Assembly (NCBI RefSeq): GCF_963506605.1
Contig: NC_083281.1
Location: 27,218,001-27,282,000 of the forward strand
Length of the DNA: 64,000 bases
Reading direction: 5' to 3'
From: Zootoca vivipara
Lineage: Eukaryota
Under the pieces are notes generated by a model, which saw only the letters and a list, made by a program, of their open reading frames with translations, was not told the origin of the DNA and did no database searches. Both the position numbers and the translations under genes were made by a program. This document shows, in pieces, positions 35,581 to 59,517 of the stretch (positions are counted from its first letter, which is position 1; the number at the start of each line of letters is the position of its first letter).

Positions 35581-38448
35581 ACCTCAAAGGCTAAGCTTAA
35601 GAGAAACTAATTCTACCAGTTTGAAGAAAGAAACTAGCTGTGCATTGTGTGTAGCTTCATTGGCAGCAGCATCAATCCACCCCCCACCCCCAAAGCAGTT
35701 TTTCTCAGGAAAAAAGTTTTTCTAGATGGCTCCAAAGGCCACCTCCAATTCTAAAATTCAGGTGTCCAGATGTAGTGGAAGTACAAAAGAGTTACACAGT
35801 GGTTATTTTTGTTTGTTGTGTAAAAAAGGGAATTTTAGCAAATGCTTCTTTCCTTGCCTCTATGCAACAAGGTAGACTGGTAGAACTACCACAATTCCCA
35901 CTTCTACATAAACAATTCAAGGCAAATGAGTTTTATCTGCCTTTGCATCTGGTCTCCAGCCACTTTTCTGTTTCTGTTTAAGTAATGTGTGGTATGGGAG
36001 AATCTTAAAGAATAAGGTTGTGATGCGACTGGTGCAATCTGCCTGAGATTAGGGTGCAAGCCACTTGTGCATTCAGACCTTCCCGCCTGAAACCACTTGC
36101 TCCCTGAAGAACAAATAAACTCCAAGATCTGTATCAGAGTGCTTTTTAACGTATGGTGTGGATACGAGCACTATCTCTCAGCCTAGCCTCCCTCGCAGGG
36201 TTGCTATGAGGAGAAAAATCAGGTCTGCATATGAAAAACGCTGCACCCTTCCTTGAGGAGGATTGAAATATAATAAGCAAAACTTACAAATCAATAAACC
36301 TAGGAAAGCCAGCTTTTCACCCAGCTTGCAGAAAGGCTGAGCTGCAGTGATTAGCCAAGGGTCCTGTTTTAGCTCCAGACACTTAAGATTACGTTTATTT
36401 ATTACATTATTATTGATAACAAATTTATTATCATCACTATTATTTATTAGGTTTTTATGCTGCCCTTCATCATAAGATCTCAAGGGGGTTCACAGAACAA
36501 AATACAGGACAGAAACAAGTAAATAATTAAACAAAACAGAAAAAACAATACCCTCCTTTCACACATGTATAGATCCCCCTGGACACCCCAACAACAACAC
36601 CAAAAGCCCCTTTTGAAAACACGCGTTTCTTACTGCAATTATTTATATAGTCGTAGATCTAGGAATGTATATATTTCAAAATGCACTTTTTAGAAAGGGA
36701 CTGAAGCCCCCCGGTTTCTCTCAACAGGCCGCTGAAAAGGGGCGGGAGAGATGCTCTCGGCTGAAGGGCAAACGGGTACCGTTCCCTAGACAGGGAAGGA
36801 GCCCGCTTAGGCCAAGGAGCCCCCTTCACCCACAGCCCTGGCGCCGCCCCTCGCCGCCGCCATTCCCCGAGGCAGAAATCACCGCAGGCGGCCTCCCTCC
36901 CCGCCGCCGGAGGGTGGACGGAATCGCCTCCCCCTTCCCCACCCGCTCCAGGGCACCGAAAACCACCTCCCTACCTACCTGCTGTTAAAGAACCACCATA
37001 AAGGGGTGGAGCCGCTCCGGCTGCGAGCCCGCCCACAGCCTCCGCCAATAGGTGAGCCGGGTTGTTTCGGCTGTGGGGGCCAATCATTGACTCGTCGGCT
37101 TGTCACTCACACGGGCAAGAAGCGGGGCTCGGGGGTGGGATTAATCTCTCTTTCTCTCTCTCTCTCCCCCTCCGCCTCCACTCCACCGGTATCCGTTTCT
37201 TGTCCCAGGAACCGGCGACAGGAGTTGGCTGAGAGCTCTTGTCGATCAGAGGGAAGTGGGCGGGGAACGGAGAGGCCATTCGGCCGGCGCTCCTATCAGT
37301 CAAGAAAGGCAGCAAGGTGGGAACGTACCGTAGGGTATCTTCTTACCATCTGCCGGGCCTGTTAGTAGAGATAGGAAATGTTGTAGAATGACCCGCGGTG
37401 TAAATGGATGGTGCCCAGGAACCTATTAAAACACGCGCGCGTGCGCACAGCCCATAGAAAGCAACGGAGAAATCCCAGTATTGTACCCTGCCTGTTACTG
37501 AGCAGCAGGCACATCCATCCCCGAAGCAGATGTATCTTTCTAACTTGAGTCTTTTAATTTCGAGTGGAAAAGAGATTTATTTGTTAAGACGTTAAAATGC
37601 GCCGTTTTCTGTAGGCGCAAACTGCCCTGGTCCGGGAGGGGACAACGCTACCGAAGCGACTTTCATTCCTGCAACCGGTGCGGCGTTTTGCAAGTCCGGA
37701 TTATGAGTTTGGGGGATCCAAACCACTCCACGACCCCAAGTGCAACCTGCTGCAAGATTAACAGAGGGGCCGCAGCGCAGGGCTGGCGCGAGCCGATTAT
37801 CAGCATCCAACAGTGGACTTTGCTTGCATACTTACACACCATGCCTAGAAAACGCACACGCGCCCCAGAAAACACCCTGGGAGCTAAGTTTAAGGGTGCT
37901 GGGAAGCATAGCTCTGCAAGGAGCAAACTACAGTTCTCGGGGTTCTCTGGCCTGAGTGGGAAATGTGCTTTAATATATGCACGCAACGCAAGCCCGTGCA
38001 TCTACCACTGGAATTTGCACTGTCGGTGGTCATTAAACGATTACAGGCTTCGTCCCTGCAAGAAGCGACGCTCCGTCCATTCGACGAAACGGGCTCTTAG
38101 CCCTCGAAAGCAAACGGCCACGAAGAAACAGGGCGCCACAATTACTCGGAGGCGCCACAATTACTCGGGCCTCCAAATGTGGTTGGGGCTCCCCAGCTCC
38201 TCATCCAACAATCCGAAAAGTCCCCCGCCCTAAGTCCCGTTTCCAAATAGGCGAGTCCCGGTTGCAAAGCGGCAGCGGGGCCTACGACTCCCATCACCTC
38301 TCCCCCGCAACCCCGCCGGCTACTTTGCCCGCCCCCTCATCACTTTTCTCGAAAAAGGACTACATCTCCCGTCAGCCTCTCTGCCAGCTTCCGGCAGCTT
38401 CTCCCGGAAGCGGCGAAGAGAAGAAGCCTGGCCTTGTTAAGCTGAGAA

Positions 38449-49519
<11,071 letters not shown>

Positions 49520-52500
49520 AAAGATGGGAGAAGCAGGATGGAGACGGAGGTGGTGGTCTCAGTCTGTGGGGGGCGGGGTTTTTTCCCGGTATGTCTGGTG
49601 TTGGTGTGTGAGATTTATCCTGTGAATAAATAATTACCCAGGACTTTAGTTGCTCCCTTCTTCGGTGGGGGTATGAGATTACCCTCTCCTTAAGACTCAA
49701 ACCCCACCATCACCATCACCCACAGTTTATATATGGCCAACTCTTATGTAGCATTTGTTCCTAAGCCTAACAGGGAACACTGTTGGGTGAGTTTTCTACA
49801 GGGGTGGCCAACCTTTTTAGGGGATGCTCAGGGCCCACATTCACATTTTGCTAACACTCTGGGGGTTGCATGCCAGGAACAGGTGAAGCCACCCCACACT
49901 TGAGCATGCACACTTTCAGATGATCAATTCGATAATTGGGGAAAAGGAAGGTTTCATCGCCACCACCGCGCTGGGCTTTCCTCACCTCCTCCTTTCTCTT
50001 TTTGCTGTCTACACCAAAAGCAAAGGATTCCTTTCAGGGGCAAGCAGAACAAATTGCTTCAGGAGCCAAATCAGTCCCCTGAAAAGGCGGGCGGGCGGGT
50101 GGGGAGTAGCTGGCTCTGTTTTACAGCGGTGAAAGGAAGGGTATGGAGAGATTTTAGCTCCACGATGGAGCACGCACCTGGCAGGCCAAAGGTCCTGGGA
50201 TTGCCAGTTGAAATGAGCAAGGAACCTCTGGCCCGTGTTCCAGTCCCGTTCTTGCTAGGGGGTCCTGTTTGTCATTTCAGAATGGGGAGATGAGCACTGC
50301 AATGCTCCGTGGTGGGAGAGCACAGCATGTCCATGCATTTAAAAGTACCAAAAAGGTCTTGTGTAGGCAAAGGCGCGGCTTCCTCCCTTCTGAGTTGCTT
50401 TGGACATAATCTGTCACTAGAGGGAATTGCTTTACCCTGAACAACACGACGGGCAGTTAAATAAAGACAGGAATGGATTTTTTCCCCTCCGAACTGTTGT
50501 GAAGAGGCACAGAGTGCAGCAAGGTGTGGTGACAGCTTGTAGTTGAAGCTGGTACTTCAAAAGGATGCCCCTTTTATATTTCTTAAGAGCTTTTTATTGC
50601 AACGCCAAAGTGACATCTGGAAAAGGACCCTGCTCACTATGCAACAGCGGCTGCTTGTTCTATTTTTATGTTGTCCAACCTGCAGCTAAAAACAATAACG
50701 AAAACAGTCCGAAAGAGATGCAGCTGCACAGCATTTGCTCTCCCATCTCTCTATATACCGTACACATGCTTTATATTTTATTCTGTAGTCTGGTACAGGA
50801 AAAAGGTTTCTTAAATGTTATGGCAGTCTCTTGAAGGAGTCAATCCTTGAACAGAAAGAAAGGTTTTTAAAATATTGCATTACATGTGATAACTGGCTTA
50901 CAAATACAAAGAGGCCTGTGTTAAGAACCACAAAGGTTTGAGGATATGTTTGCTGCTCGTGCAATTATCACCACCTGCCTTCTGCATTTTGCTCCCTTCT
51001 CACTGTTTACAATCTCCCTCCCTGAATCATGTGAATATATTTGTAACTCAGGATAATGCTTCATGCGCCTGATGAAGATGGACTGTACTCCACGACGCTT
51101 CATGCTGCAATATATTTATTAGTCTTAAATATGCCACAAGACTCTTAGCAGTGTTTGCTGCAGTAGACTTAAATGTGACCTTGTGCCTGTAGCCCTTTGA
51201 AGGGGCTGTGGAAGGCAGGAGCCCAAGCAAAGGGACACCTTCCTCAATAACCTAACAGTTACAGAACATGCTGTTCTTTCTTTCCTCAAAAAATGCAGGC
51301 TCCCACACTAACACATGGTAAAACAAAGAGGCGACAAATGGAATATAAGAATCCATCTTGTCCAAAATCCTGTTTTCACAGTGGCCGAACAGATGCCTTT
51401 AGGAAACCCGCAAATAAGACCTGAGAGCAACAGCAACTCTTCCCCACTTGTGGTTTCTGTAGGGCTGTGCGCGCACACACGGTTCCAGCCCCGAATCAAT
51501 TCGGGGGTTGGAGCTTCCATTGCATCTTCCTCGCCCCCTATACTGTAAAGGGCAGCAGGGCCAATCCCGCTGAGCTCTGCTCCCCAGCGTGTTCTCTGGG
51601 GCACATGGTGAAGCAGACCCCTGCAGCCTGTAGTATTGCACCCTGCGTTCACCCGCTGCTGAGCAGAAACTTCAGTCCTGTTCGGTTTGAAAAATGTACC
51701 TGTGCTCCCTTGCTGGCAGCAGGTGCGCACGGCTAAAAGGTCCTTCCTGCCCGACACCCTGCATCCTGACACTCCTGGATCAATTGGGTTATCTAACTCA
51801 GCTGGGGATTTGGAATTTGGCATAATTTGGGGCACAGCCCTAATTCCCAAGGAGGCCTACTATTATCTGATAGTGGAGGTTAGAAACACTGATAGCCTCA
51901 TTCCCTGCAAGTGTATCTAACCCTCTTTTAAAGCCATTCGAGTCATGGCCATCAAGACATCTTGTGAGAGTGAATCCCATAGTTTATAACTATGCACAGA
52001 GTACTTGCTTTTGTCTGTCCTGGATCGTCCTTTTCCGTGCAAACAGCAGGTGATTTATTAACGGAAATGTGGGAGGGCAGGAAGAAAACAAGTCGACCTA
52101 TTCTGTCAAATGCCAGAGGAAACGGTGCATTGCTGGCGTGATGCCAATATGACGTGTGCCCGTGCACCATGGATGTCTGATAAGCTTCCAGGCAAATCTC
52201 GACTTGTGTTTACTTTGGGTTTATTGGCTTGCAAAGCAAACATGGCTCCATGCTCACTTTTCTTTTGGGACGGAAGGGGCACGTGCCGGGCAGAAGCAGA
52301 GCCAGGATCTCCCTGCTCATCCAATTCTGCATTTGGCCACCAGCTCCAAACTCCCGTCGGCCATTCTGACTGGGGCGGATGGGAAGCAGGAGCCTCCGAT
52401 CTGGAGGGCCACAAGCTGTCCAAACCTCTCTTTTAAGTCCTTGCACAATGCCTTTTATTTCAGCGGCAGAAAAAGTGGCGCCGTCCGGATTTTGGTTGGA

Positions 52501-54400
52501 CTACATTTCCCACCAGCCCAGGCCAGAAAGGCCAAATAAGGGTGATGGGAGTTATAATCCACAAAGCCTGGAAGCCCCCCCCCCAAATTGGCTACCCCTG
52601 CTTTTATCTGGACGTGTTACTAGTGGATTTGAGGGGAGCCTTTTTTGCAGAGGCCAAGAATATGAGGGTTGTCCTTGCCTTTCGTGTTTGCTTGTGTTTT
52701 TTTAATCAAGGAAGTAGATGCACACTCCCAAGAATGAGCATAGCTCACAAAGGCAACAGCCACAGAATGCAGAGTGTCCGTTGGAAAAGGAAAACGGAAA
52801 AACGAGTGGGTGTCGGGTAGAATGGTTGCCTTGAGCTCTTTCAGTTTATATAATCCCAGCGGAGGAGATGGCTGGGCAGTTGGCACAACGAAGGAGAAAC
52901 AAGCCTTGCTAGGAGCTGAGGTATTTTACTACAAGGCCCCACTTGTTGCTTTACCCTCTGGACCTAGAGATATTACTCCCACACCTGTTTTCTCCTCTTA
53001 TTTGAGGTGTGTGGTGAACTTTCTGCCCTCCAGATGTGGCTGAACTACAGCTCCCACTGTCCCCAGCCGTTGGTCATGTTTGCTTGGGTTGATGGGAGTT
53101 ATGGTTCAGCAACAACCCCAGGCGTTTGGCTGATTTGACATCCGATGCCCTTTTAAATGTATTGTGGGAGTGTGTGGGGGGAATTATTGGTTTGCCGTTG
53201 TTATTTTTATTATGCCTTTTGTTGTTTTTATTTTGCAATTTATTTGTCGTGAACCTACAGGTGAAGGGCGGTATACAAATTTAAATGACAACATTTGGAG
53301 GGACAAAAGGTTCCTGCGCCTGACACTGCTCACTGTTTTGGGTTTTTGCGTATGTGTGTTGGTGGGGGTTGTTCTTGCTCATTCTGATGAATGGGGTCCT
53401 AGACGTTTGCCACAGACGGCACCACTGTCTGAGGTTTTAGAACGTGATTTATTTATTTACGGTGTTTTACCCTTCCCCTTTTAGCAGAAAGGACTTTCAG
53501 AGCAGCTTACAAAAATCAGTCCTAAGACAGGCCCTGCTTTCAGACTCACAATTTAAAAGGATACGGCACATGAGGAAAAGGCGATGGGAGGGAGGAGGGG
53601 AAAGCAGGCTCTAGTGCAAGTTTTTTGGAAGTTGCGGCCAGTGGCTGTGGCAGTTTTGATAAAAAAGCAGCCCCTCCCCTGAAACACTGTTCTGCCCCCG
53701 CCCCCCAAAAGATCAGATCCAGGAGCAAAGCTGGTGACAATGTCAAGGTCAGGAGAACACAGTATCTCCCGAGTCCTGCCACGCAGCTCTTCCCTTGGAT
53801 AACTGGCTTGATAGCAGTGAGAATCCTCGGAGGAAGGGTGCTTGATGGAGATACTCTCCTCCCTTGCCAATATCAGTAATTACTGTTGTGAGCAATAAAA
53901 AGAAACACACTTCAAAAAACTCTCCCTCCTCTCACAAGATCCAGGAAAAAATGGTTTAAGAAAACAGTATCTGGTGTTTGCAAATGTTAAAAAAGTGGGT
54001 GCTCAGCCCCCAAAGCATAAAAATATGCTATAACCCCCCTCCCCAACTACTTCAGTGGTTTGTTCGCCTCCTATTATTGTTCATTTGTTTAGCTATCTAT
54101 TTATTGGGGCTTCCCCAAACTGAGCATCAGGTTAGCCACTTTAAGAATGTGAGGTGCTGGGATGAGATGGACCTGTGGCTTGACACAGAGGGTCTTTTCA
54201 TATGATCTATTTTTTAAAATGTCTACCCACACTTTTTGACTGCAAAGCTTCCCCCCTTCCCAACAGCATATTGCAATGCATTAAAAAAATGAACGGTAAG
54301 ATAAACAAACAAGCATAAAACATAGTCGATATCAGAATGCTAAGACTGGAGCCCAAACTAAAATACCATTCAAGAACTTAAGAAGAAGCCCCATCTAGTC

Positions 54401-54632
54401 TTCAAGAAAGAAGATTCCACCTAAACATTAGGAAGAACTTCCTGACAGTAAGAGCTGTTCGGCAGTGGAATTTGCTACCAAGGAGTGTGGTGGAGTCTCC
54501 TTCTTTGGAGGTCTTTAAGCAGAGGCTTGACAGGCATATGTCAAGAATGCTTTGATGGTGTTTCCTGCTTGGCAGGGGGTTGGACTGGATGGCCCTCGTG
54601 GTATCTTCCAACTCTTATGATTCTATGATTCT
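54401..54632 (+). mobile_element. CR1 LINE 3' end
   Basis: AGGAAGAACTTCCTGACAGTAAGAGCTG...TTGGAGGTCTTTAAGCAGAGG...ATTCTATG-type tail; flanking TCTAGTC duplication. Confidence 0.85.
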
Positions 54633-55398
54633 AGTCCAGAATCCCGTTCTCACTGCCAATGGAAGCCAAATAAATAAAGGAGATGGGGCAAAATCATTCA
54701 TGCACTGTAGTTGTTCTTTCCATGCATATTATTTTTCTCCTTGGGAGGCTGAGCGTTTGTCTGATGTCAAATTCAGATTATGTAATTATAGTTGCTTGGA
54801 AGGTCTTGTGCAACAAACCCTCATCACCAAAAGTCAGTGTGGGAACTGTATGGGATAAAGCTTGCTTTGATGCAACACTGCCAAACCTACACCACCTAAT
54901 CTCCATGCAAACAAATCAGGATGACTGTTCAATAAGCAGGTAGCCTGGAAGTGCTATTGGTGCTGATACTCAATAGGCTCTGCTCTGTGCCCTTGTAGCA
55001 GACTTTGAGCCAACCCAACCTCCAAAGGTAAGGAGGCACGGAACAAGGCCTCTAATGCCAAATGTACCTGGTTGGCAGAGTTGCCTTTCAGGGGCTGCCA
55101 ACCTTTTTCAACCAGGAGGCACATCTGTAATTCTGAGAAAGTGCTGTAGGTGCGTTACAAAATGGCTGCCATGGTGTGTGTGTGTGTGTGTGTGTGTGTG
55201 TGACGTAGCACAAAATGGCTGCTGCAGGCGTGGGGGCACAAGTGCGAAATGCCTGCCACATCTGAAAGAGCAGGAAAAGAGGCACTAGCGCAAAATGGTG
55301 CCAGCATGCCGCTGCATAAAGGGGGGGGGAATCGTATCACCTGCAAGGGTGCTGACTCAGAGAGAAGCTATTTGTGTCTTTCCTCTGGGCCCATCTTA

Positions 55399-55614
55399 GG
55401 TAAAGGTAAAGGGACCGCTGACTGTTAAGTCCAGTCGCGAACGACTCTGGGGTTGCGGCGCTCATCTTGCTTTACTGGCCGAGGGAGCCGGCGTTTCTCC
55501 GCAGACAGCTTCCGGGTTATGTGGCCAGCATGACTAAGCTGCTTCTGGCGAACCAGAGCAGCGCATGGAAACGCCATTTACCTTCCCGCCAGAGCGGTAC
55601 CTATTTATCTACTT
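55399..55614 (-). mobile_element. Sauria-type SINE, 3' part
   Basis: (ACCTTT)n tail on the minus strand and characteristic body GGCCAGCATGACT...TTTACCTTCCCGCC...GGTACCTATTTATCTACT. Confidence 0.8.
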
Positions 55615-57029
55615 AGGTAGTTACATTCAAAAAGCACAATGGCTGCACAAGCTGTTTCTGTGTGTACATGACGTACTTGTTCCACGTTTGAGGAGACCCT
55701 CTGGGCAAAGCGCTCTGGCAGACCCTCCTCTTCTGTTAATGGGCTCTGGCAGGCTTAGCTTGTAGCACCATGTTGCAAGTCTAGGGGCATTGTAGGAAAT
55801 TTAAATAGGCCTAGTTGCCTAGGCCTGCTTGGAGTTACTAGGCCAGAAAATTATTTTAAGGGGGAGTCCAGAGCAGATATCAGCAACCCAAGGAAGGCAG
55901 GTGCTAATGTCAGCCCAGTCTGTATATGAATGTGCCTGTTTATGTAGCGGAGGAATTTTATTTGTTCCGAAACAAAATTGTGCCATTTGAATGCTGGTAA
56001 ATTCACTTCCCCTACAATGACCTCAAAGACAATGTCTGGGCAGCTCTCCCACGAATGAGTAGCCTACTGTACATTTATTGCACACTTTAAAATTCCATCA
56101 TTTGGAAAGGCCCTGCGTTTGTCTACCACCATGAAATGAGTCAGGAGGCTTGTGTGTGTGTTGGAAAGGGTGCTTGTTTTGAAAAGTGCACAAAAAATGT
56201 TTAACTATTCCTAGGAGTACGTAACTGCTTGGCAAGGGAAGGACACCAGTAGCTGATCCAGCGCATACTGCAAAATGTCATATTAACAACGGCTGTGGGT
56301 TACAGTTCCATTTAAGACATCATCTGCATCTAAGGAGAGGCAATTGTCTGATAATGACAGCTTAAAGAAGCAATACAATTGGCTAGCAAAGAATATTTAC
56401 ATTCCTTTTAAGATTAAAAAAAGAAGGAAAATGTAGCAGCTTAAGTTTGATTTGGAATGGCTGATCCTTAATGCTGAAAACATTGTCTTTATATAGTGCC
56501 ATTTGTGAATCTCAGGGTTGTGGGTTAGAGCTCAACCCTGGGCAAAAGATTCTTGGATTGCAGGGGGTTGGGCAAGATGACCTTGGTGGTCCTTTCCGGT
56601 TCTACAATTCTGTGATTCTGTGAAGGACAGTGGTTTCACTCTGTGTAAGGCAGCTTCCTAAAAGAAGGGGTTCACTGGGGAAAGAGGCATTTATTTCACT
56701 TAGTTACAGTGGGTTATGGAGACTAAGGAATTAACATGTCACCCACACCCACCTCATTCCTGGCAGTGGAGGTTGGCTAATTGCTGGTGTCAAACCATTC
56801 CTGGAGACTCAGTTTCTGTGGAATAAAGGGCAAGGAGTTGCTTCTGCTTTTGAAACCTGGTCTGCTAACTATAACTAAATCTGAGATCTTGTTGATGCAT
56901 TTTTAATGTTAAGCATTAACTATCCAGAAACAATAGTTTTACACCTTGCGCAGGCACACACTCTCCCCCTTCCTCCCAGTATTGCAGCAGCCTCCATAAC
57001 TGGGCAAATATCCAAAGCATAAGATTTAT

Positions 57030-58480
57030 TTATTTTTTAAAAATTGATTCTTCTCCCGAGCTGCGCAGCAAACGCAGCCTGGAATTCTGATTCCACCGAA
57101 GGAAGACATGCGCTGCCGTCCCACTGATTCCTTCAAGGTCAACGCGACTCCCCAGGCCTCCCTGATCATTTCCCCCGCCCGCAACGTTTTGGGAGCGGAA
57201 GAACCCAGGAGTCCGGGCTGCCAGCCCCGGTCCGCTAGACCCCTAACTTTCTCTGGCCCTGGCCTCAGCCAGGAACCCAGCTTCCCAGATCCATTTCCTG
57301 ATCCAGAACCGAACCCCACGAGAACCCAGCCTGCTTTGCCAGCCTAACTAGGCCGCTCCCCCCTCTTTATTGGGGTGCGTGCGTGCGTGCGCGGAATAGA
57401 GCGGACCCAGGAGTCCCGGCTCGGTTCCCCGCACCCCCCGCCTCCTCTCTGCTCTGGCCCCTCCCCCTCCGGCTTGGCTTCGCTGCCGCGCTGCGCGGTG
57501 CTGGAGCCGCCGGGGGTGCGCGCAACGAAAGGGGCGGCCGCCGCCGCCGAGGAAGGAGGAGGGCGGGGAGGGACGGAGGGAGCGCGGGGCCTGCCTCTCC
57601 TTCCTCTTCCTCTGCGCGGCACCAGGGCCGCCGGCCGGGACCAGCGCTCGCCTCTCCATCCCGGCCGGGCGGGGAGGGGGGAGCCGCCCGCCCCGCTGGC
57701 CGCCTTGGGCTATGTTCGAGTAAGGAAAGCGCGGCGCGGGGAAACCGGGGTGCGTGGCCGGCGGGCGGGAGGGATCGGCGGCGAGCGATGCCGGCCGCGT
57801 CGGGAGCGGGGAGGAGAGGGAGGATCGCGCCGAGGGAGGACGGCTCTTGGCTGCAAGCGGGGGGCGGGTAGGTGGGGGGGGGTAGGGGCTGCGGAGATCT
57901 CTCAAGCCGGGCTGGGAAAGGAAGGCGACTGTCTCCTCCTCCTCCGGGGCTTGTGCCCGCTCTCCTAGCGCTTCGGAAGCCGGACTGGTCACTTGTCAGC
58001 TGAGAGGAGGAGAAGGATGGATGGAGGGAGAGGGATGGACACAAAGGAGCTGCCGGGAAGGAGGGAGAGGGCGGCTGGCAATGGAGGGTTGTGTCTGCGT
58101 GGGACCCGGGAAACGGGTTTCTTTTTCTTTCTTCCTCTCCCTTTTCGCGGAGGTGCAGATCTTCCAAAACACCCGGCGGGGCGGAGGAGCAAAACCCTTG
58201 GCTCCTCTGCCTAATCTCCGAAAGGCGCTGGGGGAGAGGACAGCGCGCGCGTTTGCAAGCTCTTTTTGCAAAGTCTTGAAGGATGGGGGAGAGGTTTCAG
58301 ATCGGTCAGCCCACCCCCCGCTGCACTCCGATCTCTCCCACCCACTCTCTTTGCTACAGGTGCGTGTTTATCAGCGTCTAGTTCTCTCATGGTGTGACAT
58401 CAGTCTGTGTTCAGCAGTGGTAGCAGCGTGGTCTTTGTAGCGCCATCGTGGGGGAAGCCTTTGTTCCGCGTGTCCCTCCA
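57030..58480 (+). promoter_or_regulatory. CpG island promoter / 5' UTR of the downstream plus-strand gene
   Basis: Very high GC and CpG density, GC boxes and GCC repeats; ends in a strong donor at 57720. Confidence 0.85.
57712..57719 (+). CDS. GRAMD1A: 8-nt first coding exon ATG TTC GA (MF-D/E), consistent with GRAMD1A (Aster-A); remainder beyond the window
   Basis: GCT-ATG-TTC-GA|GTAAGG inside the CpG island. From memory, GRAMD1A begins MFDTT and flanks the squamate venom-serine-protease locus. Exon 2 was not found before 64000, so identity rests on 8 nt plus recalled synteny. Confidence 0.55.
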
Positions 58481-58798
58481 CGCATTTACGTGTGATTGTG
58501 TGTGCATATGGATGCAACGAGGAGGGGGCTTTAGATCCCATGCCCCACTGCATAAATTTATATTCTCCATCGCAATACTGGAAAGTGTACGGGTGAAGGG
58601 AGAGTGTCGCCCGTTGTTCTCCCCTTCATCTCCTTGGGGAAGGGGTCGATGAAGGTGAGACTTGGATTGACAGCTGTGCGGAAGGGTGATGGGCAGCGGT
58701 AGCTCTTGCCCATCTGGGAGTTAGAACATAATTCTCTGGCCTCTGCTGACTTCTTGGGCTTGTGTACGAATACTGTAATAATAATGTCTGTACTAGCA

Positions 58799-58800
<2 letters not shown>

Positions 58801-58841
<41 letters not shown>
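58801..58841. repeat. (CA)n microsatellite; (GT)n also at ~59033-59079 and ~55173-55202
   Basis: Perfect dinucleotide runs. Confidence 0.95.
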
Positions 58842-58845
<4 letters not shown>

Positions 58846-59031
58846 CTTGTGATTAAATGGGGGAAAGTTGGAACCATGATCTCCTGAGATTCCTTCTTTA
58901 CTCTGGGGAGGTATTTGTCAGTGGCTTTTAAGTAAAAGCAACAGGCTTGTGTGAGTTTCTTCAAGCTTGGGCTTTTAAGCTAAGGATCTTTTAATTTCAA
59001 TATACTTTTTTTGGAGTACAGGGAATCCCTT

Positions 59032-59080
<49 letters not shown>

Positions 59081-59381
59081 CCCTTTCCTTAAAGCTTCTA
59101 ATTTAAGTGCTTGTGGTTAAAGCGGTTTTACAAATTGGTTTTACAAAGTTCTGATTTTATTACTTCAATATTTTAAAGGCCAGTCTTATGATATTGAGAA
59201 TATGGAGATTATAGGACTAGGGGGTAAGAAAGTAATAAAATATTACATTTGGCCCCAATACAAGTTTTTCAACTCATGCTGGAGTAACCAACATGGTGCT
59301 ATCCAGATTTTTATGAATTGCAACTCCCACCAGCCCTGCCCATTGGCATGTGGAGACCACCATGGTGGTTAAAGGTTAGAG

Positions 59382-59517
59382 CAGGCATCCCCAAACTGTG
59401 GCCCTCCAGATGTTTTGGCCTACAACTCCCATGATCCCTAGCTAACAGGACCAGTGGTCAGGGATGATGGGAATTGTAGTTCAAAACATCTGGAGGGCCG
59501 AAGTTTGGGGAATTCTG
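59382..59517. mobile_element. Palindromic hAT MITE, same family as 11541..11676
   Basis: 136 bp with 8-bp TSD GGTTAGAG. Confidence 0.9.

Noticed and set aside
37688-38233. 181-aa ORF between the divergent genes
   Set aside because: Non-ATG start, CpG-island composition and no domain.
57344-58440. Several long overlapping Pro/Arg/Gly/Ala-rich ORFs (up to 266 aa)
   Set aside because: Stop-codon depletion in a very GC-rich island, open on both strands and with no domain.
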